Below, piece after piece: positions 9,129-17,822 of a DNA stretch of 64,000 nt. Both the position numbers and the translations under genes were made by a program. Source of the DNA: an uncultured Candidatus Saccharibacteria bacterium. Lineage in GTDB: Bacteria; Patescibacteriota; Saccharimonadia; UBA4664; CAZJNH01. Location of the stretch: the NCBI GenBank assembly GCA_964547425.1, contig CAZJNH010000007.1, positions 4,981 through 68,980 of the forward strand. Direction: 5' to 3'. A model generated the notes under the pieces. The model made no database searches. It saw nothing but the letters and a program-made list of their open reading frames with translations, and was not told where the DNA came from. Numbering within the stretch: position 1 is the first letter of the stretch; each line of letters starts with the position of its first letter.

Positions 9129-10178
9129 ATGAGTTTACAGATTGGTATCGTCGGACTACCGAACGTTGGTAAATCGACTTTGTTTAACGCTTTAACCAAA
9201 AACGATGTGCTGGCCGCCAACTATCCGTTCGCCACTATTGATCCCAATACCGGCATTGTGCCGGTTCCGGACGAGCGGCTGGATAAGCTAGTGGAGGTTT
9301 TTCAACCAAAAAACAAAGTGCCGGCGACGGTCACCTTCGTTGACATTGCCGGGCTGGTTAAAGGCGCTGCCGAAGGCCAGGGTTTGGGCAATCAATTTCT
9401 CGGCCATATCCGCGGCACCGACGCAATCTGCCAGGTGGTGCGAGCCTTCAAGGATACTAATGTCACACACGTCGAGAATAAAATTGACCCTAAGTCCGAT
9501 ATCGAAACCATCAACTCCGAATTAATCTTGTCTGACCTGGCGGTCATCGACGCTCGTTTGGCCAAGAAAGACGGCGACCAGAAATTACTGGAACGGATCA
9601 GAGCCGAACTAGACGCAGGCAAATTAGCTGGCTCGTTTTTGACCGACGAAGAGCGCGAAGAGATCAAAGACTTTGGCTTGCTGACCGCTAAGCCTTTCGT
9701 TATTGTGTTTAATCTTGATGAGTCGCAACTCTCGGACCAAGCCCTCAAAAAAGAACTCGAATCTATAGTAACCCCCGCTCCGGCCGTCTTCTTGTGTGCC
9801 AAAGTAGAGTCTGAACTGCAGGATTTGTCTGACGAGCAAGCCAAAGAGTTGTTGGCTGAATATGGACAATTAGATTCTGGACTAGGCCAGCTCGCTCGGG
9901 CCGGATATAAGGCACTTGGATTAATTAGCTACTTTACCGCCGGCGAGCCGGAGGTTCGGGCTTGGACTGTTCGTAAAGGCGCGACCGCTCCTCAAGCGGC
10001 TGGTGTGATCCATACCGATTTCGAAAAAGGATTTATTCGCGCCGAAACTATCAATTGGCAAGAACTGGTGGACGCGAGAACTTGGGCCGAAGCAAAATCA
10101 CGCGGCAAAGTACGTAGTGAAGGCAAAGACTACATCGTCAATGACGGCGATGTTATGCTGTTTCGTTTCAACGTTTAA
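9129..10178 (+). CDS. ychF: Redox-regulated ATPase YchF
   Basis: GIVGLPNVGKSTLFNALT, ANYPFATI, DIAGLV.GA..GQGLGN, IHTDFEKGFIRAE, FRFNV. Confidence 0.97.
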   Translation: MSLQIGIVGLPNVGKSTLFNALTKNDVLAANYPFATIDPNTGIVPVPDERLDKLVEVFQPKNKVPATVTFVDIAGLVKGAAEGQGLGNQFLGHIRGTDAICQVVRAFKDTNVTHVENKIDPKSDIETINSELILSDLAVIDARLAKKDGDQKLLERIRAELDAGKLAGSFLTDEEREEIKDFGLLTAKPFVIVFNLDESQLSDQALKKELESIVTPAPAVFLCAKVESELQDLSDEQAKELLAEYGQLDSGLGQLARAGYKALGLISYFTAGEPEVRAWTVRKGATAPQAAGVIHTDFEKGFIRAETINWQELVDARTWAEAKSRGKVRSEGKDYIVNDGDVMLFRFNV

Positions 10179-10203
10179 GGGCTAGGACTTTCGTCCCAGC
10201 CCT
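10178..10203. terminator. Hairpin between convergent ychF and kinase gene
   Basis: AGGGCTAGGAC-TTTC-GTCCCAGCCCT. Confidence 0.6.
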
Positions 10204-10787
10204 TAATTTAAGCCGAAGTCTTCGGCGATCGCCGCCGCAACCTCGTCGGCTAGTTTCTCGAGCGTGCGAGTGTTGGTGAACACCCGGTTGGCTTTTTTAC
10301 GCCCGGCTTCGAGCTCTTGCCGATACTGCTGGATGCGGGTGCCGGTGTTTTCGCCCTTAGCTTCTCGCTCCCGCAGTCTCCGCTCTATCTCCGGCAGCCG
10401 ATCCTCGATCTGATAGATCAGATTGTTTGGGTAAAACCGGTCCATCTTATCGAGCACCATCACTCGCAGCATAACGGTCGGCGCTTTATCGGGAGACGGC
10501 ACTAGAATCCTCGGCATGCCATAACGGTACGGCAGACCAAACAGTACCTCGGTGTTGATGAAGTAGTCTTCCCGCTCGAGCTCGTCGTAGCGATCCTCGG
10601 ACACGAATCGATGTTCTATTCCCTCCTCTAGCTCATTGTGCCGAGGAGGCCGCGTGGTCCAGGTCGGCGTGATGTCGATTAGCCCGCGCCGGTTCAGGAT
10701 ATGCACCACACTGGATTTACCGCTCCCTGAAGGTCCAATGATCCCGAGCACTCGGGCGGACCAGTCAAGATATTCTCCAGTCGCCAT
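10203..10787 (-). CDS. Guanylate-kinase-like NMP kinase (divergent)
   Basis: GPSGSGKS P-loop, TWTTRPPR..E.EG.EHRFVS, YRYG; SD AAAGGAG. Confidence 0.8.
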   Translation of the reverse strand: MATGEYLDWSARVLGIIGPSGSGKSSVVHILNRRGLIDITPTWTTRPPRHNELEEGIEHRFVSEDRYDELEREDYFINTEVLFGLPYRYGMPRILVPSPDKAPTVMLRVMVLDKMDRFYPNNLIYQIEDRLPEIERRLREREAKGENTGTRIQQYRQELEAGRKKANRVFTNTRTLEKLADEVAAAIAEDFGLN

Positions 10788-10806
10788 AGCGCTCCTTTCA
10801 TCCAGG

Positions 10807-11805
10807 CTATTCTAACCGGAGGCGAGCCATATTCAAGGGCGACGCGGCTGCAGACATCCCAAACACGCAGTAGCAAGTGTAGGCGCCAACGGACGCAACG
10901 AGAGAGTAAATCAGACTTTCCCGTCCGAAACCGACCGACCCGATGTGTGGCACTAGCGCCGCAAGAACCATTATCCCTACAGCGTTTCCAAGCCGGCCGG
11001 CCATAGTCACTAGAAATAGTTGCCTGGAAAGATTTCTCTCACGGCCGAGTTTCCAAAGCGTCAAGATCATGATTGCTATAAATAGCTGGACGTAAAGCAC
11101 CAACACCCAATTACTAAAAAGCAGAAAAAACAGGACATCGCCCGCGGCCCAGGCCGCAATTGCAACGCTAATCGTTGGAACGCGTCCAAAACGCACCAAG
11201 AAGGTGTTTTTGCCGTGAATCCGGTCACCGATAAAATCCCTAAAATCTTTCAGGATGATTCGGCCAATAAAGCTGATTCCTACCATTCCTGCGAGTAGCC
11301 AAACCCGAGAACTAAATACGGAGGTATTGACCCACACACCCATAGTGAATGGCACTAGCGTGAAGCAGCTCGCTAAAAATAAAGGCGCTACGGCCCGGCC
11401 AGACAATCGTATGGGCGGCAACGAATAGCAAAGGTTAAACACCAGAACGGCAAGGGTAAGTATTAAGTATTGGGTCCCAGATAAGGCGGCCAAGGCTGTC
11501 GCGACGATCGCCGCTATGATCGCTAAGTCCAGCAGGCTGTGTCTGGTCGTGCTGCCATCAAGCAAAGGACGTTCCGCGCTTCCCTGCAGATTAATCTGAT
11601 CAATTTTTTCGTCAGCCAGGTCATTGACGCTCGTGGCGTAGACATAAAGGACAGCGATCGTAAGCATTGGCAGAATAATTCTTACCGATGGTGATGACTG
11701 GGCTCTGGTGCTGGCTTCGCCAACCGCCAAAAACAGCCACATCATTGCAACGGTTCGAAACCGCAACATCCGTAAGGCCACCCCCAACCAGGCCCTAATC
11801 TTCAT
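10807..11805 (-). CDS. UbiA family prenyltransferase
   Basis: NDLADEKIDQIN...RPL, YSLPPIRL, KDFRDFIGD...GKNT Asp-rich motifs; multi-TM. Confidence 0.9.
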   Translation of the reverse strand: MKIRAWLGVALRMLRFRTVAMMWLFLAVGEASTRAQSSPSVRIILPMLTIAVLYVYATSVNDLADEKIDQINLQGSAERPLLDGSTTRHSLLDLAIIAAIVATALAALSGTQYLILTLAVLVFNLCYSLPPIRLSGRAVAPLFLASCFTLVPFTMGVWVNTSVFSSRVWLLAGMVGISFIGRIILKDFRDFIGDRIHGKNTFLVRFGRVPTISVAIAAWAAGDVLFFLLFSNWVLVLYVQLFIAIMILTLWKLGRERNLSRQLFLVTMAGRLGNAVGIMVLAALVPHIGSVGFGRESLIYSLVASVGAYTCYCVFGMSAAASPLNMARLRLE

Positions 11806-12275
11806 TTTGAGCTGCCGAAACCGCCGCTTATGCCGCTACTTACGCCTGCCGAGATGGCAAAGGTAAACAATACAAGAATCAATACCACTCCTGCGGCCGC
11901 CAAACCGCTCAAGACTAAGACTATCGTTGCCAAGGAGCTTAGTACGACTGCCCCTACGACGCGCCTCTTGAGTAACGCGGCATCCGCGGGCGCTAACGGT
12001 TGGCTTTGAACGGCCGGTGCGTGGTCGGTGGTAGCCAACTGATTTGCGGGCAACCGAGCCGCCTTGGCTTCGGCGTTAAGTCTTTTCCGGGCAAAAAATA
12101 AATATACTAAAGCAACTAAAGGGGCGACCCCCGTCAATAGCGAGGCTCCGATAATGGCGCCCCAAATCTTGTTATCCCGATTGAAGTCCCTGAAAATAAT
12201 AACTGCACTTAAAATTACCGGAATGTATAACACCAATATGCCCGGACTGAATACCGAATAGCCGAGGCCGAACAT
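11802..12275 (-). CDS. Membrane hypothetical protein
   Basis: Three hydrophobic segments; ATG at 12275 coupled to upstream TAA (TAATG); stop overlaps the UbiA start (ATGA). Confidence 0.65.
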   Translation of the reverse strand: MFGLGYSVFSPGILVLYIPVILSAVIIFRDFNRDNKIWGAIIGASLLTGVAPLVALVYLFFARKRLNAEAKAARLPANQLATTDHAPAVQSQPLAPADAALLKRRVVGAVVLSSLATIVLVLSGLAAAGVVLILVLFTFAISAGVSSGISGGFGSSK

Positions 12276-13012
12276 TAGGCTAGCCTGCTCATAAAGATCG
12301 CCCACAGAATGTGGTTGATGATGATCAGCTCAACGCCTACCCAGAGAAAACCCTTTAATTGGGTGTGGTTGCTTTTGACTTGGTCGAAGGCCTCAACGGC
12401 CGTTAAGACCGCCAGAAAAACCAAGGCTGACAAAGCGAGCCCCTGGTAACCATAAATAGCCTTTAAGTAGTTACTCCCACCGCTTATTCCAGGCAACGGC
12501 AGTCTTTGGACGATCAGCCGGGCAAAGTTTATGACCAAAAACGCGACCGAAGTGAAGATTAATTTTTGCTCCTCGCCGGCCAGCTTACCCCCGCTGTTTT
12601 TAGGTTTGATTGGCAACTGTTTTGTGAAATAGGCATACACCAGCCAGAAGCCGAGCAAGTAAAGCAGCATCACGAAACCGGCGGTCAGTAGTAGCTGAGT
12701 AAATGACGCATTGGATCTGCCGATGAAGCCGGCTGGTGAAACGACAAACTTAATCAAGACGATTAGCGAGCTGTATGCAAACGCGTATCTCCACCATTTG
12801 GTGTCGAGTTCCAGAGCGTCTTTGGTTATCCAAAGCGCGAGTCCGGTTAATCCGATTAAGCTGAAAGCAGTTAGATATAAAACCGGGCGCGTGTTTGAGG
12901 TTAGGGTGCTGCCGCTAAGAATGGCCGGTAAAAGATTCACCGCCAGAGTCCCGAGCCCGGCGTATAGCATTATCGCTAGCCGGATCTTGCCTTTAGCCTG
13001 CTCGCCTTTCAT
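12275..13012 (-). CDS. Multi-pass membrane hypothetical protein
   Basis: About 7 TM segments; leaderless-type TGCTAAAAT 6 nt before ATG. Confidence 0.7.
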   Translation of the reverse strand: MKGEQAKGKIRLAIMLYAGLGTLAVNLLPAILSGSTLTSNTRPVLYLTAFSLIGLTGLALWITKDALELDTKWWRYAFAYSSLIVLIKFVVSPAGFIGRSNASFTQLLLTAGFVMLLYLLGFWLVYAYFTKQLPIKPKNSGGKLAGEEQKLIFTSVAFLVINFARLIVQRLPLPGISGGSNYLKAIYGYQGLALSALVFLAVLTAVEAFDQVKSNHTQLKGFLWVGVELIIINHILWAIFMSRLA

Positions 13013-13043
13013 ATCCTGATTTTAGCACAGGCGTTTTCTGCTA

Positions 13044-14885
13044 TTACTTGTTGGCTTTTTTGCGGAGGCTGGCAGCTAGTTCGCGTTTGCGCAGGCGCAG
13101 TGACTTTGGAGTGACTTCGAGAAGCTCGTCGTTTTCGATAAAGTCGAGGCACTCCTCTAGGCTAAAAACGGTTGGTGGAGTCAGCTGGACCACCCCATCG
13201 CTCGAAGACGAACGCATGTTGGTTAAATGCTTTTCTTTGCAAACGTTGATTTCGATGTCTTCGATGCGGCTGTTTAGCCCAACGATCTGCCCGGCGTAAA
13301 CTTTTATGGCCGGACCAACGAAGGTTACGCCGCGCGATTCGGCGTTTTGCAGAGCGTACGGAGTCGTTACCCCTGATTCGTGGGCAATCAGAGCGCCATT
13401 ACGCAGCTGCGACAGCGGCTGGCCGAGCGGCTGATAGCCTAGCATGACGGAGTTCATGATGATTGTGCCCTTGGTTTGGGTTAAGAGAATATTTCGCAGA
13501 CCCAGTAACGCTCGGGTCGGCAGTTCATAAACCAGCTTCGTCACACCTTTTGGGCTAACGAATTGCTCTGTTAACTTGGCCTTGCGGCGTGACAGTTCGG
13601 TTTGGACCTGGCCAATGTACTCGGCTGGAACCTCGATGATTAATTCTTCCAGCGGTTCTTGTTCAACCCTATCGATCTGTTTGGTAATAACTTGAGGCCG
13701 GCCGACTTCGAGCTCAAAGCCTTCGCGGCGCATAGTTTCGATTAAAACACTCAGATGAAGCTCGCCCCGCCCGGACACCAAAAAGCCTAGTCCGCCGCTT
13801 TCAACGCGCAACCCAATGTTGGTCTCAAGTTCCTGATAAAGCCGGGCTTTGATTTGGTTACCGGTAACTTGCTCCCCTTCCTGTCCCTTAAACGGGCTGG
13901 TGTTTGGGCCAACGTAAATCTGCAAGGTCGGCTCTTCGACGGCCAACACCGGCAAGGCCTCCGGAGTTGTTGGGTCGGCGATAGTCTCGCCGATTTGAAT
14001 ATCACCCATTCCTGTAAGCTGGATGATATCGCCGGCTACTCCCCCGTCCACCGGGAATCTGGCAACACCGTGGCTCATGAACGCGCCTTCAACTTTAGCC
14101 TTGGCGAACCCACCGTCTTTTTTGCAGACGATAACCGGATCGCCGACCTTAACCCGGCCGCGGCTGACCCGCCCAACGGCGTATTTGCCTTTGAAGCTGT
14201 CGTAAGACAAGGCCGTAACCAGCATTTGCAGTGGCTGCTCGGGGTCGACTTGCGGCGCCGGGATCTCATTGCTGATAGCGTCGAAGATAACTTCAAGATC
14301 GCCATCGGCTTCAATAGTGTCGGGCAGTTTATTCCAAGCTTTGCCTTCGCGGCTGATAGCGTAATACACCGGATAATGCAGTTGGTCTTCGTGGGTGGCG
14401 AGCTCAAGGAACAAATCGGCAAGTTCGTTTTCAACCTCGTCGACTCGTTTGCCGGGTTTGTCGATCTTATTGATTACGACGATTGGCTTAAGGCCGCGAG
14501 CTAATGCCTGGGTCAAAACGAATTTGGTTTGCGGCATTGGCCCCTCTTGAGCGTCGACTATCAACAGACAACCGTCGGCCATACCCAGAGTCCTCTCGAC
14601 CTCACCGCTAAAGTCGGCATGGCCAGGAGTATCGATGATATTAATTCGGTACTCGCCGTGCTGAACGGCGGTGATCTTGGCGGTGATGGTAATCCCCCGC
14701 TCCTTTTCCTGGTCGCCGCTGTCCATAATTAACGACTGGGCCATCTCGGCCTGGTTGTCTCGGAAGGTTTTGGATTGCTTTAATAGCCCGTCGACAAGTG
14801 TGGTTTTGCCGTGGTCAACGTGAGCAATAATGGCGATGTTGCGAATCTTGCTCGGATCTTGAGTCGCCTGGGTCGCGTTAGACAT
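13044..14885 (-). CDS. typA: Translational GTPase TypA/BipA
   Basis: [65 protein letters not shown]. Confidence 0.97.
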   Translation of the reverse strand: MSNATQATQDPSKIRNIAIIAHVDHGKTTLVDGLLKQSKTFRDNQAEMAQSLIMDSGDQEKERGITITAKITAVQHGEYRINIIDTPGHADFSGEVERTLGMADGCLLIVDAQEGPMPQTKFVLTQALARGLKPIVVINKIDKPGKRVDEVENELADLFLELATHEDQLHYPVYYAISREGKAWNKLPDTIEADGDLEVIFDAISNEIPAPQVDPEQPLQMLVTALSYDSFKGKYAVGRVSRGRVKVGDPVIVCKKDGGFAKAKVEGAFMSHGVARFPVDGGVAGDIIQLTGMGDIQIGETIADPTTPEALPVLAVEEPTLQIYVGPNTSPFKGQEGEQVTGNQIKARLYQELETNIGLRVESGGLGFLVSGRGELHLSVLIETMRREGFELEVGRPQVITKQIDRVEQEPLEELIIEVPAEYIGQVQTELSRRKAKLTEQFVSPKGVTKLVYELPTRALLGLRNILLTQTKGTIIMNSVMLGYQPLGQPLSQLRNGALIAHESGVTTPYALQNAESRGVTFVGPAIKVYAGQIVGLNSRIEDIEINVCKEKHLTNMRSSSSDGVVQLTPPTVFSLEECLDFIENDELLEVTPKSLRLRKRELAASLRKKANK

Positions 14886-14983
14886 CGGCCAATTATGACA
14901 TAATTCTTACCCTTTGCCAAGTCGAGACCAGTCGACGCGAATGGCCCAGAGAATTTACTCCTCCAGGCCGATTCTGCGCCGTA

Positions 14984-15532
14984 CTAGTGCGCCCAGCCGC
15001 GGTCGAGATCCGGGTTGGTGTCGTACACCACTGCCTCGGTTTCCATCCTGACAACCGTCATCGACGGCTGCAGCTGCCGCAGAACCTCCTGGAACCGGTG
15101 CTCGGACTTTTGAGCGTCGAGCCCGTAGGTTCTGGCGGTGAAGTACCACTTGCGCAGTGGTGATTCCACGCCGAGCAGGCTTTCGGACAGAAAGACTTCG
15201 GGCTCCGCGATCTCCGCCACTTCCCCATCCAGCAGCAGCTTGATGTGGCACTCGGCGTACTCCATACCGTCCGGGCACTCTGCCACCAGCGGCCGCTCCA
15301 ACTTGGCCCGCAAGCAGTTAAAGCCGTCGCGTTCGGCGTCGTTCATCAACTGCCCCACCATGTCGTCGGCAGACGCTTCGTCGCCGTTATGTGCCGCCGT
15401 GCACATCAGCTGCGTCGGGTACTTCCCGCGTGATAGCCGAATGAACACCGGCTTGATGTTGTGGTTCCGGCAAAACTTCTGCCAAGACTCAACATCCTCC
15501 CCCTCAACCGTTACGTGTGCTTCGTAGAGCAT
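14984..15532 (-). CDS. Hypothetical protein with internally duplicated E.H(V/I) motif
   Basis: YEAHVTV..RAKLE and YAECHIKL..RMETE halves, C-terminal YDTN..LD.GW; SD GGGAGG. Confidence 0.75.
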   Translation of the reverse strand: MLYEAHVTVEGEDVESWQKFCRNHNIKPVFIRLSRGKYPTQLMCTAAHNGDEASADDMVGQLMNDAERDGFNCLRAKLERPLVAECPDGMEYAECHIKLLLDGEVAEIAEPEVFLSESLLGVESPLRKWYFTARTYGLDAQKSEHRFQEVLRQLQPSMTVVRMETEAVVYDTNPDLDRGWAH

Positions 15533-15576
15533 GCTGCCTCCCTACTAGTCGGCCAGATTTTCAAACTACTCCAAAC

Positions 15577-15605
15577 ATAATAACACGAACAAAATACGAA
15601 CACAA
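15577..15605 (-). promoter_or_regulatory. Sigma70 promoter overlapped by a GTTC-N7-GTTC (LexA-type) direct repeat
   Basis: Minus strand TTGTGT-N17-TATTAT containing GTTCGTATTTTGTTCG. Confidence 0.6.
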
Positions 15606-15642
15606 GTAACAAATGTTTCGAGCCAGTTTTTTCAATCATAGC

Positions 15643-16071
15643 TCAGGATTGTTGGCGCCTTCGACGGGAGATCTCAACGACCGGTAGACCGATGTCAGCG
15701 CGGAACGAGCATGCCGGCGGCAAAGGGGTGCCTGGGATTGGCTTACCCGTCAGCCACGGATACCTCCGGCAAACCGTCGGCCGGTTGTCGTAGATCAAGC
15801 ACTGGCGAGTCTCCGTATCGAAGTTCTTACAGCTGTAGTAATACACAGCGATGTTTCCGCCAGCGCTCTTGGCCAGACTCCGGATCTTCTGGATCTGTCT
15901 GACCAGCTCAGGCTCGCGCAGCTTGGCCTGAGTCTTTGACATCGGCGTTAAGTCTTCGAGTATCCAGCGCCGGTTATCATCCGGCATGCCGCCCAGAAAC
16001 TTGGCCGTCTCTTGGGTGTACGGCAGCCAGACCGGATCGCAGCACGACCCACAGCCGTTGCATTCAGTCAT
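15643..16071 (-). CDS. YkgJ / CxxCxxCC cysteine-cluster protein
   Basis: CNGCGSCC ... C..FD..TRQC.IY..RP.VCRRYPW. Confidence 0.85.
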   Translation of the reverse strand: MTECNGCGSCCDPVWLPYTQETAKFLGGMPDDNRRWILEDLTPMSKTQAKLREPELVRQIQKIRSLAKSAGGNIAVYYYSCKNFDTETRQCLIYDNRPTVCRRYPWLTGKPIPGTPLPPACSFRADIGLPVVEISRRRRQQS

Positions 16072-16109
16072 CGTAAGGTCCTCTCGCTCTCGAAAGCCCC
16101 CAGATTATA

Positions 16110-16886
16110 TCAGAGTATGGCGTCAGGTCCCTCGGTCAGTTCTTTGTAGACGACTGGATTAAGCGCGAGAAAGTCATGATTGGTATAGTCGTAGGTTTTC
16201 TTGCCAAGGTTAGTGACGATCCCGCCGGCCTCTTTGATCAGAAGCGTGCCTGGCGCGAAATCCCAGTCTTTGCCGTATGGATCCTTGGCGATCCGGCCTT
16301 CGATTTTGCCCGAAGCGATCGCGGCGAATTCAAAGCCGGCGCTCAAAGTCTGGAGGAAGTTGGTTCTTTCACGCAGCTGTTGTCGCAACTTTAAGTTGGC
16401 CGGTATGCCTTGATTGCTTTCGAATCCAATGATCGAATTCGACAGCGGCCGATCACTGACTTTGAGTTTTGTCTCACCGCAGTAGGCGCCTTCGCCTTTG
16501 ATCGCCCAGTAAACCTGCTCGCCAATGAAATCATAAATAATCGATAAAACCGCCTCGCCTTCATCGATCAGAGCCAACATACTGGTGCAAAATGGCATAC
16601 CTCTGACGAAATGGGTCGTGCCGTCGATGGGATCAGATAGCCAGGTGGTGTCGGATTTTGACTGGACACCAAACTCTTCGCCACGGAAACCGATTGTCGA
16701 ATCAAACGCGCGCAATGCTTCAGCCAAGCCTTGCTCAACTTTCCTGTCGAGTTCGGTTACCAGATCGGCGGCGTGGGCCTTAGTTTCGTGAGCGATTTTG
16801 CCGTAGCCTGCCCTCAGCTCATCACCGTACGCCAACATAGCGTCTCGGGCGGCATCGAGCGCGGAGTGTAAATATTTGGGTGTCAT
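16110..16886 (-). CDS. Inositol monophosphatase family protein
   Basis: DLVTELD, GEE, DPIDGTTHF, WDFAPG.L...EAGG.VT. Confidence 0.92.
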   Translation of the reverse strand: MTPKYLHSALDAARDAMLAYGDELRAGYGKIAHETKAHAADLVTELDRKVEQGLAEALRAFDSTIGFRGEEFGVQSKSDTTWLSDPIDGTTHFVRGMPFCTSMLALIDEGEAVLSIIYDFIGEQVYWAIKGEGAYCGETKLKVSDRPLSNSIIGFESNQGIPANLKLRQQLRERTNFLQTLSAGFEFAAIASGKIEGRIAKDPYGKDWDFAPGTLLIKEAGGIVTNLGKKTYDYTNHDFLALNPVVYKELTEGPDAIL

Positions 16887-16907
16887 TTCAGCTGGAAGAT
16901 TTGGATA

Positions 16908-17348
16908 TTACTCCCCTTGGCGTGGTAGCGGTTGGAGGATTGAGAAACGATTGTCTTCGGTGTCCTTGGCCGACATCCATAGGCCTACGCCGGGAATCAT
17001 CATCGGTTCCATCCTTATTTCCCTTTTCTCGTTCATAGCGCCCATAATCTTGCCGCCAGCAGCTTTAACTTCCTTCATTGCTTCTTTGATATCATCGACG
17101 GCTATCACTACCGAAGGCGCCAGGCTGTCGGGGCTATCGGTTTTCTCGTAAAAGCCGCCGTTGATGTTGCCTGGAGTTTTGATCATGCCGTTCTTGTCGG
17201 TTTCGGTGGTTTGAGCCACAACGTAATTACCCATGTCCGCGCCGAATTTCTCGGTTTTCCAGCCAAAGGCCGTTTCGTAAAACTTAACCATCCGGTCCCG
17301 ATCTTTGTAGCCCATCTCAAAATGCACTACTGGATTTGGTTTGCCCAT
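16908..17348 (-). CDS. VOC/glyoxalase family protein
   Basis: VVHFE...D..R..KFY..AFGW, PG.INGG, AVDDI..A...V..AGG, DTE.N. Confidence 0.88.
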   Translation of the reverse strand: MGKPNPVVHFEMGYKDRDRMVKFYETAFGWKTEKFGADMGNYVVAQTTETDKNGMIKTPGNINGGFYEKTDSPDSLAPSVVIAVDDIKEAMKEVKAAGGKIMGAMNEKREIRMEPMMIPGVGLWMSAKDTEDNRFSILQPLPRQGE

Positions 17349-17387
17349 AACTGCTCCTTTACTTAGCAGTCTCTATTTTACACCCAG

Positions 17388-17822
17388 CTAGTGGTACTTG
17401 AGGGTTTTCGGATCCGGTAAACCTTTAGGACTCTTCGGCTGAGCGAACTCAGGTTCAGGGAAAGCGACCATAAAGTCTAGGCGCAAAAACTGACCGGCTT
17501 TTACTTCCACGGTTCTGGGCGAAGCTATGACGCCAGTTGGATTTGACCGTAGTCCAACTTGGTAAGACCCAGGTTTGAGTTGGAGGTTATATTGGCCGTT
17601 TTTGTCGATTTTGGCTTCGGCGACCTTTTGTTCCCTGTTATAGGCAGTTACAAAAATAGCGTACGTCGCGCAGCGTTTATCGCCGCCGGTTTGGCAATTC
17701 TGTACTGTGACGTTACCGCTAAGACCCTGAGCGGTTTTCGTTCTGACAAGGATTAGCACAACTACCGCTAACGCGACTAGCAGACCGGCCAGGATCGCTA
17801 CTTTACGCCAGGAAATACTCAT
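17388..17822 (-). CDS. Membrane-anchored carboxypeptidase-regulatory-like (transthyretin/Cna-B fold) protein
   Basis: N-terminal TM; D..G.Y.L.L.PG.Y.V pattern; TGATG coupling to the upstream large gene. Confidence 0.65.
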   Translation of the reverse strand: MSISWRKVAILAGLLVALAVVVLILVRTKTAQGLSGNVTVQNCQTGGDKRCATYAIFVTAYNREQKVAEAKIDKNGQYNLQLKPGSYQVGLRSNPTGVIASPRTVEVKAGQFLRLDFMVAFPEPEFAQPKSPKGLPDPKTLKYH

